Positions 1 through 11,804 are shown, numbered from the stretch's first letter. The stretch: DNA of 64,000 nucleotides from Candidatus Bathyarchaeota archaeon (GCA_963815095.1 CAWFFH010000005.1:1-64000); one strand, 5' to 3'. Numbers and translations: made by a program. Notes: generated from the sequence alone by a model not told the origin.

Positions 1-187
1 GGATACGTAAAGCCAATGTGGTTAAGAGATAATAAATAACGGCGCCTATGAAAATGGCGAAGGCTGAGTATACTAAATTTAGCCATGATACGGGAATGAT
101 TCCGTAAGATAGCAAAGTCCTTACTGCGACAGCATAAAGGATTGTAGCAAAAGCCGCTGAGATGGTTTTGGCTAACGACGAAACCAT
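1..187 (-). CDS. Partial hydrophobic membrane protein running off the window start
   Basis: Manual translation from ATG at 187: MVSSLAKTISAAFATIPYAVAVRTLLSYGIIPVSWLNLVYSAFAIFIGAVIYYLLTTLALRI..., open to position 1. Confidence 0.5.
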   Translation of the reverse strand, partial: MVSSLAKTISAAFATILYAVAVRTLLSYGIIPVSWLNLVYSAFAIFIGAVIYYLLTTLALRI

Positions 188-341
188 AGTTACTGTTTGC
201 CTTGAAAGATAATTATAAATCCTTCTAAATTCGCATTTTCCTTTTGAAAGTGCTTTAATACTAAAAACTATTCAATTTTTAAACAACATAAAGATTTTCA
301 ATAATAGCTGGATAGATATCCAAGCGGCTGAGTAATCCTAT

Positions 342-1551
342 CTAAAGCGAGCTGCTGGTTGCGTTTTCCGTTTTCTTTTTTTTATTTATTCTTCCAGCAA
401 GAAAGGGAAGCATTAATGACATTATTAAAGTCGCAAGTATAACTAAAGAAAAGCCTGATTCATTTAATGACCCTTCACTAAAAGCAACCGTTGCTATCAC
501 AATTCCGATAGCGCCTCTCCCTCCAAGAATACCTGCCAATTGCCTAGGCGCTATTTCCATCTTAGACGATAATGCTTTTCTTGAAAATAAATAAGTCAAA
601 GAAACCCCAACACCCAACGCTATTGCAATTAAAACAGCCAAACCTAAATAATATGCGCTATCTATTCCTGCCAACATCACTTCTATGCCGGCAAAACCAA
701 AAAAGAGCGGAACAAAGAAAATACTATTCATAGTCGACAATGTCTGAGAAATTCTATCGCTCGCTTTTCTCCCAATTAACCCGTCATGAACGATTAGCCC
801 GGCAAAGAAAGCGCCCAAAATAAAGCTTAAACCCATGCTTTGAAAGATAACTGAAATCAAAAGTGCAACAATAATCAAAAGTGCAAACGCAAAGTCTGGT
901 CTCCTAAAAAAATGTGATGAACGAAACAAGATCCTCTGAATTACTTTGGGTTTTCTGTTTAAAATAGCATCTAAGATAGCGAATGCAACGATGAAAACTA
1001 TTATTTCTATAACAATGGTTAAAGTGCTTTCTGGGGGATGAACAATTCCTGCTAGAATTATGAAAGCCAATATATCAGATATGGTGACTGAGGCAAGGAT
1101 AATTTGTCCTGTTGTTGTTTGAAGCAGATTGTATTGCCAAATAAGAACGGATATTATTGAAAGTGAGGGTACAGCTATTGCCAGGGCAAGAATGAAATTC
1201 GCCTCAGTTCCAAATGGGAAAAAAAATAAAGCTGCACAATAGCATCAAGGCAAGTGGAACTAGAAAACTGGTAATTGAAAATAAAGAAGCTATGCGAATT
1301 TTGCCTTGAATCATCTGCGTCTTCATTTCAAATCCAATATGAAATATTATGAAAAACAAAGCAATCGATGAAACCGCTTTAAGTGCGTCATCTGCAGTAA
1401 CCAAGCCAAGCAGAGAGGGACCAATTAGCATCCCACTCAATATTTCTCCAACAACTGAGGGAAGATGAAACTGTTCAAAAAGCTCTCCGACTAGAAGCGC
1501 CGCTGCCAACACAATCAAAACATCGGTTATGATACCAAATAATGCCATCAA
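342..1551 (-). CDS. Cation:proton antiporter (CPA2/Kef-type), split by a frameshift in an A-run near 1220
   Basis: N-part has LPSVVGEILSGMLIGPSLLG and C-part has GLSFILGAFFAGL and FFVPLFF, both typical Na_H_Exchanger motifs. ORFs 1204..1551 and 342..1070 are two frames of one gene. Confidence 0.85.
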
Positions 1552-2222
1552 TTTTACAAATATTGCTGTCGTGCAAATATTTCTTTCTGAGGTGATTTTT
1601 TATCACCCGATTTTATAGGTTTAGCGCGCACTACACGGTGTATTCATAAAATTTTTAACTGTTCAAACTAAAGACGCAACAGGGCAGTTATCAACTCCCT
1701 TGTACTTGTCCACCAGAGTGAGAGTAGATTTTAAATGATGAACCTTCAAAGCAAAGAAAAAAAGCAAAAAGGCTACAGTAGGCGTGAGGCAAATTTTACT
1801 AATATTGCCCTATTCAGATAGTTTGAGCAAAGGGACCTGGTGCGAAGAGTGCCGTGTGGTTCTGACGCAGTTTAAGCAAACAAACTACAAATGGGAATAG
1901 CACTAGCGACGGTAGTCTTTTTTTGCTTCTGTTCTTAAAGGAAATTTTAAATCTGCTGTTAATGGTAACGCAGAAAATATTCTTTCAGATGAAAAAATAA
2001 AACGCTCACTTTTAAGTCTTAAGTACTTGTCAATTAATAGCTGAGGGTCTTTTTGGTGCCTTTAATGTTCAACTGATTTAGATAAAAGAGAAGAACTGGG
2101 TAACATAGAGTGTATTGATAAGCTAAAAAAGGAGTTCAGGAGCTAAAAGAAAGAAGACTTTAGAGCCGAGTATTTTTTGTACTAACTTCTCTCACAGGTT
2201 TTTAAAAAGGCCTATTGTGATT

Positions 2223-2519
2223 TTAGTCTTTGCACTCGGCAATTTCTTGTGAGCTTTCCAACTCTTCTATAGTCCTATTGATCGTCACCGTATGTGCGAC
2301 TGCTTGAACCATGCTAACTGGAATGCATATTTTGGAACTTCTAAACCGCTTCTTCATCCCCAAACTCTCAGCAGCATCACCCGTAAGCTTCACATTCAAG
2401 AACTTTATCATCCAAGTCGCGTCATCAAATTTTGCCCCTTTAACTTCTCCAATAATCTTTGCTCCAGAAGTTATTACCTGTAATCCCATAATTTCTTCAA
2501 TATCTTTCAAATAGTTCAC
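2223..2519 (-). CDS. PRC-barrel domain protein
   Basis: IMGLQVITSGAKIIGEVKG...WMIKFLNV...IPVSMVQAVAHTVTI fits the PRC-barrel pattern. Confidence 0.8.
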   Translation of the reverse strand: MNYLKDIEEIMGLQVITSGAKIIGEVKGAKFDDATWMIKFLNVKLTGDAAESLGMKKRFRSSKICIPVSMVQAVAHTVTINRTIEELESSQEIAECKD

Positions 2520-2722
2520 CTTAATTAATATAGATTTTTTTTAAATATATACCTTTTCGTCTCTATTTCTTTTTGTTCTTTTGAAATAAAAACTGATTTT
2601 TTCGTAAGTCTCTGTTTAACTCGAACGCAGAGGGGTTTTTTTGACGCAAAAATTTAAGTATTTTTTGCTTACTGCCAAGGAAGAACTGACTATGTTTTAG
2701 GCACCAAGTTTTTTGAAGTTTT

Positions 2723-3160
2723 TTATAAATGAATAAATGTTCCAAGTATATGGAATACTAATATCAGGTAAAATGCTGTGGTCGTGCTCATATGCAAAAA
2801 TCTGAGATATTTGTACGCACGTTTTGTTGGATAGAACCTCTGCAGAAAACCAGTTGTTACAGGAATAAAAACAGCGGTAAACAATGCTAGCCCTGTTCCA
2901 ATGAAGTAAGCATTACTTATTCTATATGTGAAATGAACGCAGATAAACGTGAAAGCAACCAAGTTTCCCAAAACATGTACACTCAACATCTCTTTTGCAT
3001 AAGTGAGATTTCTGAGCTTTAGAAAAACAAATACGGGTGTAAAGGCGGCAATCCAAAGGCTCCCTATAATACCCATCCAATGTCTGAACGGAAAAGGACC
3101 TAGAAAATAAACCACTAACAAATCCCGTTCAAAATAAGTTAAAACAGACACAAAAATCAA
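2723..3160 (-). CDS. Four-TM membrane protein with His in the helices (ferric-reductase/cytochrome b-like), probably 5'-truncated
   Basis: HWMGIIG, VHVLGNL, CVHF, FLHMS and VFHI motifs. TTG start abuts the divergent ORF. Confidence 0.6.
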   Translation of the reverse strand: MIFVSVLTYFERDLLVVYFLGPFPFRHWMGIIGSLWIAAFTPVFVFLKLRNLTYAKEMLSVHVLGNLVAFTFICVHFTYRISNAYFIGTGLALFTAVFIPVTTGFLQRFYPTKRAYKYLRFLHMSTTTAFYLILVFHILGTFIHL

Positions 3161-3171
3161 CAGGTTACCAT

Positions 3172-3894
3172 TTGACAGATGTTTTGATGAATGGAACCTC
3201 AGTAATGGAAGGCGTTGAAAATAACGCGTACACTGTTTCCACTGTTACTGGAACAACAACTATCTCTGCGAGCTTTGCAACTAACACTTTAACTGCAACA
3301 GTAACCACTACCTTCGAAACCTACCCCATAGAAATAGGCGGAAACATAACTACAGAACAGTTCTCAAACATGACCATTACCCCATATCAAGACACTAAAA
3401 CAACCATAGTAGAGTTTACTCTAACTGGACCCAACGGAACAGAGGGCTTCTGCAATTTAACCCTTCCAAAGATTGCCATACCCTTTGGAACAAACCCAGT
3501 TGTTTACATCGACGGGGTAGTGGCTGAAAACCAATCATTCACTGAAGACTTCGACAACTTCTACATAACTTACACTACTCATTTCAGCACCCACCAAATA
3601 GAAATCTCGTTCACCACTGAATCAAACCCATATATTCCAATACCAATAACCAATTGGGCACCAAGCCAAACCTCAAATACCTCGCCAAATCCAACAACAA
3701 TACCAACTTCTACAATTCCGCCTACACCAACAGCTACACCTAGACCAACTACCAATCCAACCTCAACTCCAACAACAATGCTTGCAACAATGGGCCAATA
3801 CATTGCAATTGCAGCAGCCACGATCTTCCTTGGAGCAGTCATAATTGGGCTAGTGCAAAGAAGAAAGCGCTCAACCAAGGCGCCTTTAAAATAG
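3172..3894 (+). CDS. C-terminal fragment of a cell-surface protein (Pro/Thr linker, C-terminal TM and basic tail)
   Basis: No signal peptide. Frame begins mid-domain (TGYHLTDVLMNG), then YITYTTHFSTHQIEI, a PT-rich linker, a TM and RRKR. Confidence 0.7.
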   Translation: MTDVLMNGTSVMEGVENNAYTVSTVTGTTTISASFATNTLTATVTTTFETYPIEIGGNITTEQFSNMTITPYQDTKTTIVEFTLTGPNGTEGFCNLTLPKIAIPFGTNPVVYIDGVVAENQSFTEDFDNFYITYTTHFSTHQIEISFTTESNPYIPIPITNWAPSQTSNTSPNPTTIPTSTIPPTPTATPRPTTNPTSTPTTMLATMGQYIAIAAATIFLGAVIIGLVQRRKRSTKAPLK

Positions 3895-4503
3895 TAAAAG
3901 CAAAAATCAGCAAACAACTCTTTTTTTATTTTTCCTTTTTTCTAAACAATACTTTGAGGTAGCTTACGCGTGCAATAAGGTGTAAGACAAAATGGTTAAC
4001 GAGCACAGTATAATGCAAATTGGAGGTCCAGACTTCCTAGAAAAAATCGCGTCATAATACTCGGAGAACTCGCTCTTCAAAACCTTCCAACATTTATCAA
4101 TAACGATATTCACTTCTGCCTTCTCCAATTCAATTTGGAAAGCAAACAGCTAATAAACTTCATTCCGTGACCGTACTAACGGCAAACAGCAATCTAACAT
4201 CAGGCATACTGGTTATTCTCCTTTTGCCACTTGCATGTGACTCAACAGCCTGGCAGATTTCTGCTTCTATCCCTCGTTTCCTTTATTGGCTTTCTCGTGT
4301 GGAATTTAAACGTGGTTGTAAATCTAACATCCCGTGCCATTTCCAAATTCGCTTGTTTTTCCAAATAATCGTTTCTTGACCTTTCTCCGTGGAGGTTAGG
4401 TTAATCTTTCTTTAGTATTCCGTTGAGCGGCTATGCTTACCAGAATTTACCACTCGAATGTAGGCGATGTTTTAGGAGTTTTTACCAATAAAATAGGGCT
4501 GAT

Positions 4504-4521
4504 ATCCCACCCTCCGCACCA
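4504..4521 (+). other. Isolated tRNA 3'-end fragment (Leu-like), probable att scar
   Basis: ATCCCACCCTCCGCACCA equals a T-stem 3' strand plus acceptor 3' strand plus ACCA. No 5' half is present. Confidence 0.5.
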
Positions 4522-4762
4522 TTAATTCAGGCCTATTATGAGCTTAATTTAGTGAATAGTCTCCAATTTATGACGATAAAGAATATTGTGAGGGTTGGGG
4601 CTATAACTTAATTGCGAATTTACCGGTAAAAATAATGTGGTCAGAGTTACAGTTCATGTAGCTAAACCAAAGAAGATCAACCAATTTTTTACTGTTGAAA
4701 AAATGGTTTGCAAGTCTAAGATAAACTTTTTTTTGCCTGCACTTTTCAGTCTCGAGTTTTCG

Positions 4763-4791
4763 CGTGGGTTCACATTCCAGCGGGCCCGCCA
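4763..4791 (+). other. Degenerate tRNA 3'-half fragment (GGGCCCG-acceptor type, Lys/Arg-like), probable att scar
   Basis: CGTGGGTTCACATTCCAGCGGGCCCGCCA resembles a T-arm (GGTTCRAATCC) plus acceptor plus CCA. Confidence 0.55.
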
Positions 4792-5070
4792 CTGCAATCC
4801 GAGTGAAGAAGCGCTTTGCTTGCGAAGTATCTGAGAAACGAAAAGAAAGAGTGGAATCCAAGAATAGCATCTCTATTGGCGAAATAGCTTAGTGTACTGT
4901 TTCTTATCGGCATAGGTTGTGTTCAGTATTCTGGGTTCATAACTGACTTATAGTGCCTCCAGGCTCCTCTAGGGTGTGGTGTATGGCTAATACAAACCCT
5001 CAACCAAAATTCGATAGAGGTAGACGCAACTGATTTAGCTGCTGCAAACAAAAAGAGTGTTATACGCGTT

Positions 5071-7719
5071 TTGCATGTTGACGACGATCCTTCAATTCTA
5101 GAGATAACAAAACTCATGTTAATGGACATTGTAAGCAGTTTGTATATTGATAATGTCAGTAGCGTGGATGAAGCCTTCAAAAAACTAACAACAGGCAACT
5201 ACGATATTGTAGTTTCTGACTATGAGATGCCCCAAAAAGACGGATTAGAATTCCTAAAAAAGTTGCGAGAACAAAAAAATAAAATTCCATTCATCCTGTT
5301 TACTGGAAAAGGAAGAGAAGAAGTTGCCATAAGGGCATTGAATCTTGGTGTAGACGGGTATTTTAACAAGCAAGGTTCACCCGAAACAGTCTACGGAGAG
5401 CTTTGTTATGGAATAATCCAAACAGTCGACCATAAAAGGGATGAAGAAGCTCTTAGAAAAAGTGAACACCTAAACCAAAAAATCCTCAATTCTACGCCTA
5501 ATCTCATTTACATATATGATATCGAAGAACACCGCAACGTTTACTCTAATCATGAAATATTCGATTTCTTAGGGTACACGCAAGAGCAAATAGCAGCTAT
5601 GGGTTCAGAGCTGTTCTCTAACATTTTGCATCCTGATGACGCTAATGCTGTAGATGCATATCATGCCCGCTTCATAAATGCTCCCGACAACGTTGCATAT
5701 AACGTTGAGTTCAGAATGAAACATGCAAATGGAGAATGGCGATGGCTACGTAGTCAAGACACACTGTTTTCCCGCAACAAACAAGGCTTGGGTAAACAAA
5801 TACTTCGAATATGCCAAGACGTAACTCTAAACAAACAGAACGAAACTGCCTTGAAAAACAGTGAAGAGCAATATCGAGCTTATACTGAAAATTCTCCTGT
5901 AGCATTCTTTGTAGTTAGTTCTGAAGGCAAATACATCCAAGTAAACGATGCAGCAACCAAGCTACTACTCTACTCCAAAAACCAGCTCCTCAAAATGAGC
6001 ATTGTAGACATTCTCTTTGAGAAAGATATGTCTCTTGGGCTTAAACAGTTTGCAACTCTAAAGGAAACTGGAGAATCTCGATTTGAAATTGCCCTGAAGA
6101 GAAAAGATGGAGAACCTGTTTATGTTATTTTAAACGCTATTAGTTTGCCCGGTGGAAATATGATGGCTTTTTGCGAAAACGTAACTGAGCAAAAGAAAAT
6201 CGAGAGCGAATTGAAAATCGAGAGGAATGCATTAAGACAGTCGGAAGCTAAATTGAGTAGTATTGTTGAAAACTCTACCGATCAAATATTCATGTTAGAT
6301 GAGAACCTCACATATTTATCTGTAAATAAGACCTTGGGAGACGTTTTGGGAAAGACGCCTCAAGAGATTATTGGCAAGTCAGTAAATGAAGTATATGGTA
6401 AAGAAACTGCATCCAAGTTTTCAAATAACATTAAAAATGTTTTTGAAACCGGCAAAAGTATGTTTGTTGAGGAAAAAATGGTTGCTCAGGGGCACGAATT
6501 GTTCATCAGCTCCAGTTTGAATCCTGTTCAAGATGATACAGGAAACGTGATAGCAGTTGCCGGAATTGTTAGAGATATAACACAACGAAAAAAAGCGGAA
6601 GATGCGATTAAGTTTCAGGCTGATTTGCTCAATCAAGTTGGGCAAGCAGTCGTAATGGTTGATGACAACAGAATAATTCGTTTTTGGAATAAGGCAGCAG
6701 AAAAACTTTATGGTTGGCAAGAAGAACAAGCCTTGGGTCATCAGATTACTGAACTAATGAGCGGTATTTCATCTGAAAAAACTGATGAAGTTTCATCAAA
6801 GTTAATGTCGGGTGAAAGCTGGCCAACTGAGGCTAATATTAAGAATAAGGATGGTTCAGTTGTGCCGGTAATACTAAATCTAACACCCATTTTCAAAGAA
6901 GATGGAGAATTTAGAGGCACTGTAAGTATTACCACAGACATAACCTTGCAAAAAAGAACAGAGGCTGACTTGACTTTTTCTTTAGAGTCTTTGTCGAATA
7001 GTTTAGCTAAGATTCAGGAATTAAATGAAAAACTTCGAGTAGTAGGTGGGTTAACTAGGCATGATGTTCGTAACAAGCTTTCAGCGGTGACTGGTTATGC
7101 GTATATTCTCAAAAAGAAGCATGCGGATGAGGCGGATGTTGTTGATGGGCTTGTTAAGATGGAGCAGGCTGTTAAAGATTCGATGAAGATTTTTGATTTT
7201 GCCAAAATGTACGAGCAAATTGGAGCAGAAGAGCTGACTTACGTTAATGTTGAAGAGAAACTGAAGGAAGCAGCTGCTCTTTTTTCGGGACCTATCCCAA
7301 CGATAATTAATGAATGTCACGGGTTAATTGTGCTGGCAGACTCATTCCTGAGACAACTATTTTACAATTTTATCGACAATACGAGGAAGTATGGCAAGAA
7401 AACCACAACCATAAGAGTGTACTTTGAGGAGACTGGCCAAGACTGCTTAAAATTGATTTATGAGGATGATGGTTTAGGCGTGCCTTTGGAGAATAAACCG
7501 AGTTTGTTCAAAGAAGGCTTTAGTACTGGCGGCAGCACAGGCTTTGGTCTTTTTCTTGCCAAAAAAATGATAGATGTTTACGGCTGGACAATAACTGAAG
7601 AGGGCGAGCCAGGCAAAGGAGCAAAATTCACAATAAGTATTCCAAACGATAGAAACGTAAGAATTAACAATAAAATTCAATCGGTGACTAAAGTTGAAGG
7701 TTTAAAAGAGAGGAATTAG
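5071..7719 (+). CDS. Hybrid sensor histidine kinase: receiver, about 4 PAS/PAC, HisKA and HATPase
   Basis: HVDDD...VVSDYEMP...FTGKG receiver, PAS/PAC motifs, H-box TRHDVRNKL, EDDGLG and GGSTGFGL. The frame extends upstream (VIRVLHVDD), so the true start is earlier, possibly ATG 4983 with an indel. Confidence 0.92.
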   Translation: MHVDDDPSILEITKLMLMDIVSSLYIDNVSSVDEAFKKLTTGNYDIVVSDYEMPQKDGLEFLKKLREQKNKIPFILFTGKGREEVAIRALNLGVDGYFNKQGSPETVYGELCYGIIQTVDHKRDEEALRKSEHLNQKILNSTPNLIYIYDIEEHRNVYSNHEIFDFLGYTQEQIAAMGSELFSNILHPDDANAVDAYHARFINAPDNVAYNVEFRMKHANGEWRWLRSQDTLFSRNKQGLGKQILRICQDVTLNKQNETALKNSEEQYRAYTENSPVAFFVVSSEGKYIQVNDAATKLLLYSKNQLLKMSIVDILFEKDMSLGLKQFATLKETGESRFEIALKRKDGEPVYVILNAISLPGGNMMAFCENVTEQKKIESELKIERNALRQSEAKLSSIVENSTDQIFMLDENLTYLSVNKTLGDVLGKTPQEIIGKSVNEVYGKETASKFSNNIKNVFETGKSMFVEEKMVAQGHELFISSSLNPVQDDTGNVIAVAGIVRDITQRKKAEDAIKFQADLLNQVGQAVVMVDDNRIIRFWNKAAEKLYGWQEEQALGHQITELMSGISSEKTDEVSSKLMSGESWPTEANIKNKDGSVVPVILNLTPIFKEDGEFRGTVSITTDITLQKRTEADLTFSLESLSNSLAKIQELNEKLRVVGGLTRHDVRNKLSAVTGYAYILKKKHADEADVVDGLVKMEQAVKDSMKIFDFAKMYEQIGAEELTYVNVEEKLKEAAALFSGPIPTIINECHGLIVLADSFLRQLFYNFIDNTRKYGKKTTTIRVYFEETGQDCLKLIYEDDGLGVPLENKPSLFKEGFSTGGSTGFGLFLAKKMIDVYGWTITEEGEPGKGAKFTISIPNDRNVRINNKIQSVTKVEGLKERN

Positions 7720-7726
7720 ACCAAAA

Positions 7727-9850
7727 ATGAAATTAAATGACCAAAAAAAGCTGCTAATTGCGTTAGCTATTGGCTTTTTGTGTTTCTACTTTGGCAAAGC
7801 TGGTATCGACGCTTTTGTTTTTAAAAGCAATTCATTCTTGGAAGAGTTGACTTTTTCCACTGGCAGCCTTCAAGATATTTTCGTTCATTTACTCGTAATT
7901 TCTGAGTTTGTTGTATTTGGCATATTTTTTTATCGAGTTTTTGTTAGACGCAATATAGCTGAAAATAAGTTGCGTGAAAGTGAACAACGTTGGGCAACCA
8001 CTTTGACAAGTATTGGTGATGCAGTAATTTCAACCAATTTCGTGGGAGAAATTACGTTTTTGAATGCTGAAGCTGAAAAATTAACCGGATGGACTCTACA
8101 TGAAGCCTCATGTAAACCACTGAAAACGGTTTTTAAAATAATTAATGAGTTTACTAGACTGGAAGTAGATAATCCAATTTCAAAAGTTCTTGAGACAGGA
8201 CGCACAGCCGGATTAGCTAACCACACCATTTTGGTTCGTAAAGATGGCACAGAGGTGGCTATCGATGACAGTGCGGCGCCCATAAGAGTTGAAGGCGGCA
8301 AGATCGCCGGTGTCGTTTTAGTTTTTCGTGACATTTCTGAGCGTAGACGTGCCGAGAGAGAGCTGTCGGATTTGAAAGATTTTAACGAGGGTATAGTTGA
8401 GTCAATTTCTGAAGCACTGTTGGTTATTGATCCTAAAGATTATCGAATCATCGCAGTAAATGGTGAAGCTGAAAGAGAATTGGGTTTAAGAGAGGAAGAT
8501 TTGGTTGGGAAAACCTGTTACGAAGTAACTCATAATTTCTCAACGCCATGCGAGGCGCCTCACAATTGCCCCTTGAAAGAGGCTTTAGCAACTGGCAAAG
8601 TCGCAACTGCTAATCATGTTCACTTTGACAAAGACCAGAATAGAACATATGTAGAAATTTCCGTTTATCCAATTAGAAACCAGGATGGCAAGATAACTAA
8701 TGTAGTCCACCTTGCCAGAAACGTTACCGAACGCAAGAGAAGCAGAAGAAGAACTCAAGACGAGCTGCGAACATTTTTGATTTGGCTACTGACTCGATTT
8801 TTGTTCATGACATAGAAGGAAACATTGTCAACTTCAACGAGGCAGCTTACAAGTTACGCGGCTACACAAAAGAAGAAATGGCCAAAATGAATATTCGCGA
8901 CTTAGATAACCCAGACTCTGCTACTCTAGTTGATCCTAGAATCAAGCTGTTGGTTGAGAATAGCAATGTTGTTTTTGAATCTGTGCATGTATGCAAAGAC
9001 AAAACCTTACTACCGGTAGAAATTCATGCCCGCACAATTGATTTGCAAGGCAAAAAATTAGCTCTTGCCGTAGCCAGAGATATATCTGAGCGCAAAAAAG
9101 CTGAAGAAGCATTAGACGAAGTTATGGATCAGTTGGTGTTGGTTAACGAAAAGTTGGGCGTTGTAGGAAGCTTGACTAGGCATGATGTTCGAAACAAGCT
9201 TTCTGCGGTAACTGGATATGCATATTTACTCAAAAAAGAAGCATCGTGACCAGGCAGACATCGTCGAAGGACTTGGAAAGATGGAGCAAGCCGTAGCAGA
9301 GTCGATGAAGATTTTTGATTTTGCCAAAATGTATGAACAACTAGGCGCAGAACAACTAACCCTCATAAACGTAGAAGCCAAACTAAATGAAGCAACCGCC
9401 CTCTTCTCTGGGCAACTCCCAAAAGTTATAAACGAATGCCACGGTTTAACAATTTTGGCAGATTCATTTCTAAGACAACTATTCTACAACTTCATAGATA
9501 ACACCAGAAAATACGGCAAAAAAACCGCAATCATAAAAGTGCACTATGAGAAAACAGACGGCGACAACATAAAGCTCATCTATGAAGATGATGGCGTGGG
9601 AATACCCTTTGAAAATAAACTTAATCTTTTCCACGAAGGCTTTAGCACAGGCGGCAGCACAGGCTATGGACTATTCCTTATCAAAAAGATGATTGATGCT
9701 TATGGCTGGAAAATCGAAGAAAATGGCAAACTTGGTGAAGGAGTCAAATTCACCCTAACTATCCCCAAACTGAATAAATACGGAAAAGAAAACTATCGAA
9801 TCGCCCCATATGCAAATAGACTTACGAAACAGCAAGACATATCAAGTTAA
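7727..9850 (+). CDS. Membrane-anchored multi-PAS histidine kinase, split into three ORFs by two frameshifts (~8745 and ~9235)
   Basis: Two N-terminal TMs, PAS domains, H-box TRHDVRNKL in 8782..9249 and HATPase in 9218..9850. The kinase core is closely paralogous to the upstream kinase. Confidence 0.85.
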
Positions 9851-10019
9851 GGAAAACGCACAAACTTGAGCTGCGTTCCATGGTTGAATTAAGATTAGAT
9901 GATAATTTACTTTTTATGGACGTTTGAAGAAATCGATTTTTTTACGGGTAAATTGGTGCTATGATCCCCTCCCTGCACTGTCACGACTGAATAATCGTTT
10001 AATGTTCCGAACCCATTTA

Positions 10020-10181
10020 CAGACTGCTAATGAGCATTCTGTGGGAGGTCACGTTAAAGTGTATACTGTTTGGTGGATTTGTGGTGATGGGTGGTATGGC
10101 ATTCGAAGTCTTTCTTCTGAATTTATGGACGTTTGCCATTTGGGGAAAATGGCTATGTATTTGTACAATCTGGGAGTCTGA
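10020..10181 (+). pseudogene. Remnant 3' end of a paralog of the membrane protein at 22734..24281
   Basis: VYTVWWICGDGWYGIRSLSSEFMDVCHLGKMAMY aligns with VYTVWWISGDGWYGIRSLPSDFKEVYLSGKMAVY. Confidence 0.8.
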
Positions 10182-10535
10182 GCTAAAGTTGCTTTGGGCG
10201 AATTGACAATTTTCGCTTTCTGTTTCTAAAACATTGAGGCGAAAACGTTAGATCGTTTAGAGTCAAGTCTAAAACGACACAAACTAATTATTTTAGATTC
10301 AAAAGCCTTTTAAGTTATCACAATCGAATAATGTTTAAGGTAGTGAAACGAGTGACGGCAAGAAAGGAAAGCGGCTAATTCTCTATCTGTCGGAACGCTA
10401 ACTGAAGCTAAGAAACTTGCATTAAGGCAACGTGTTTGGTTTAAGCTGTTGTTGCATACGTACAGTCACAAGCCATTAAATACCACTAATTTAGTGAATT
10501 ACTACCTAAGGAAAAGTTAATTTGGAGCATTCATT

Positions 10536-11804
10536 ATGCCTTTTACTATGTCAAAGAAACAATCCATGAAACTAATTACTATAATATTATCAGTAGCATT
10601 TCTGTCAGCAGCGATATTGGCTGCACCCGCATCAGCACTTATTTCTCAAAATGTAACATCTTGGTTTTGGACAGAGTGACACTAATGCTTCGGCAATTGC
10701 AACTGGCGATGTAAACGGTGATGGCAAACCAGAAATTGTTACAGTAGGCTGGTTTAATGACGGTACACGAGCCAACGCTCAACTTGCCGTCTGGAACGCT
10801 TCCACGCTTAGCGCTTGAAAACGTTATATCTTGGTTTTGGACGAGCTGAAACTCAAATTAGCTCTGTTGCAATTGGGGACGTTAACGGCGATGGCAATAT
10901 GGAGATAGTTACTGGCGGATCATATTTTGATGGTACAAATTGGAATTCTCAGTTAGTCGTTTGGAATGGACAAACATTAGGATTGATTAATGTTGTAACT
11001 TGGCATTGGACAGGCGATACACAGATTAGCTCAGTTGCGGTTGCAAACATAACTGGCACAACAGGTCTAAGCATAGTTACTGGAGGCGCATATAACGATG
11101 GGACTCGATGGAACGCCCAGCTGGCTGTCTGGAATGGAGTAACTATGGCACTTCAAAATGTTCAATCTTGGTTCTGGACGTCGAACACCTATATCAACTC
11201 CGTTGCTGTAGCCAACATTACGGGTAGCGCTTCTTTGAGTATAGTAACAGGCGGATCATTTAACGACGGAACCCGACTTAACTCCCAGCTTGTTGTTTGG
11301 AACGCAGCTAATTTAGCATTGAACAACGTTATTACATGGTTCTGGACAGGCGACACAGAGATAAATTCGGTCGCAATCGCAAACGTGACTGGTGGAACTG
11401 CTTTAAGCATTGTAACTGGCGGCTATTTCTTTGATGGCACACGAAACAACGCTCAATTGGCGGTATGGAATGGAACTACTCTCGGCTTACAGAATGTTGC
11501 AACATGGTTCCAAACCTCAAACACAGTAATTAATTCTGTTTCAATTGCCAACTACACCGGAGGAAGCAGCTTAGACATAATTACAGGGGGAGTATTCAAC
11601 GATGTCGTTAAGGACAATGCCCAAATAGTAGATTTTAATGGCGCTAGCTTAACAACCATAACAACAGCAAACTGGTTCCAAACTTCAGGCACCCGAGTAA
11701 ACTCGGTTTCAGTGGCAAATACAGGGTCAGGTAATCGCGTTATCGCTGGAGGTTCATTTTTTGACACAATACGCGACAATGCTCAACTGACTATTTGGGG
11801 ATAA
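10536..11804 (+). CDS. Secreted FG-GAP-like 7-repeat beta-propeller protein, with about 3 frameshifts at 10670-10850
   Basis: Signal peptide from ATG 10536, GDVNGDG..EIVT motifs, and seven ~56-aa W(F/H)(W/Q)T...IVTGG.F.DG...NAQL.VW repeats. Confidence 0.8.

Noticed and set aside
4167-4870. Short ORFs 4167..4379, 4601..4870 and 4637..4834
   Set aside because: No motifs, and two of them overlap a tRNA-like scar. Likely non-coding or decayed DNA.
10380-10455. Fragment LTEAKKLALRQRVWFKLL resembling a conserved archaeal hypothetical protein
   Set aside because: Too short, with no start or continuation. Cannot be supported without a search.
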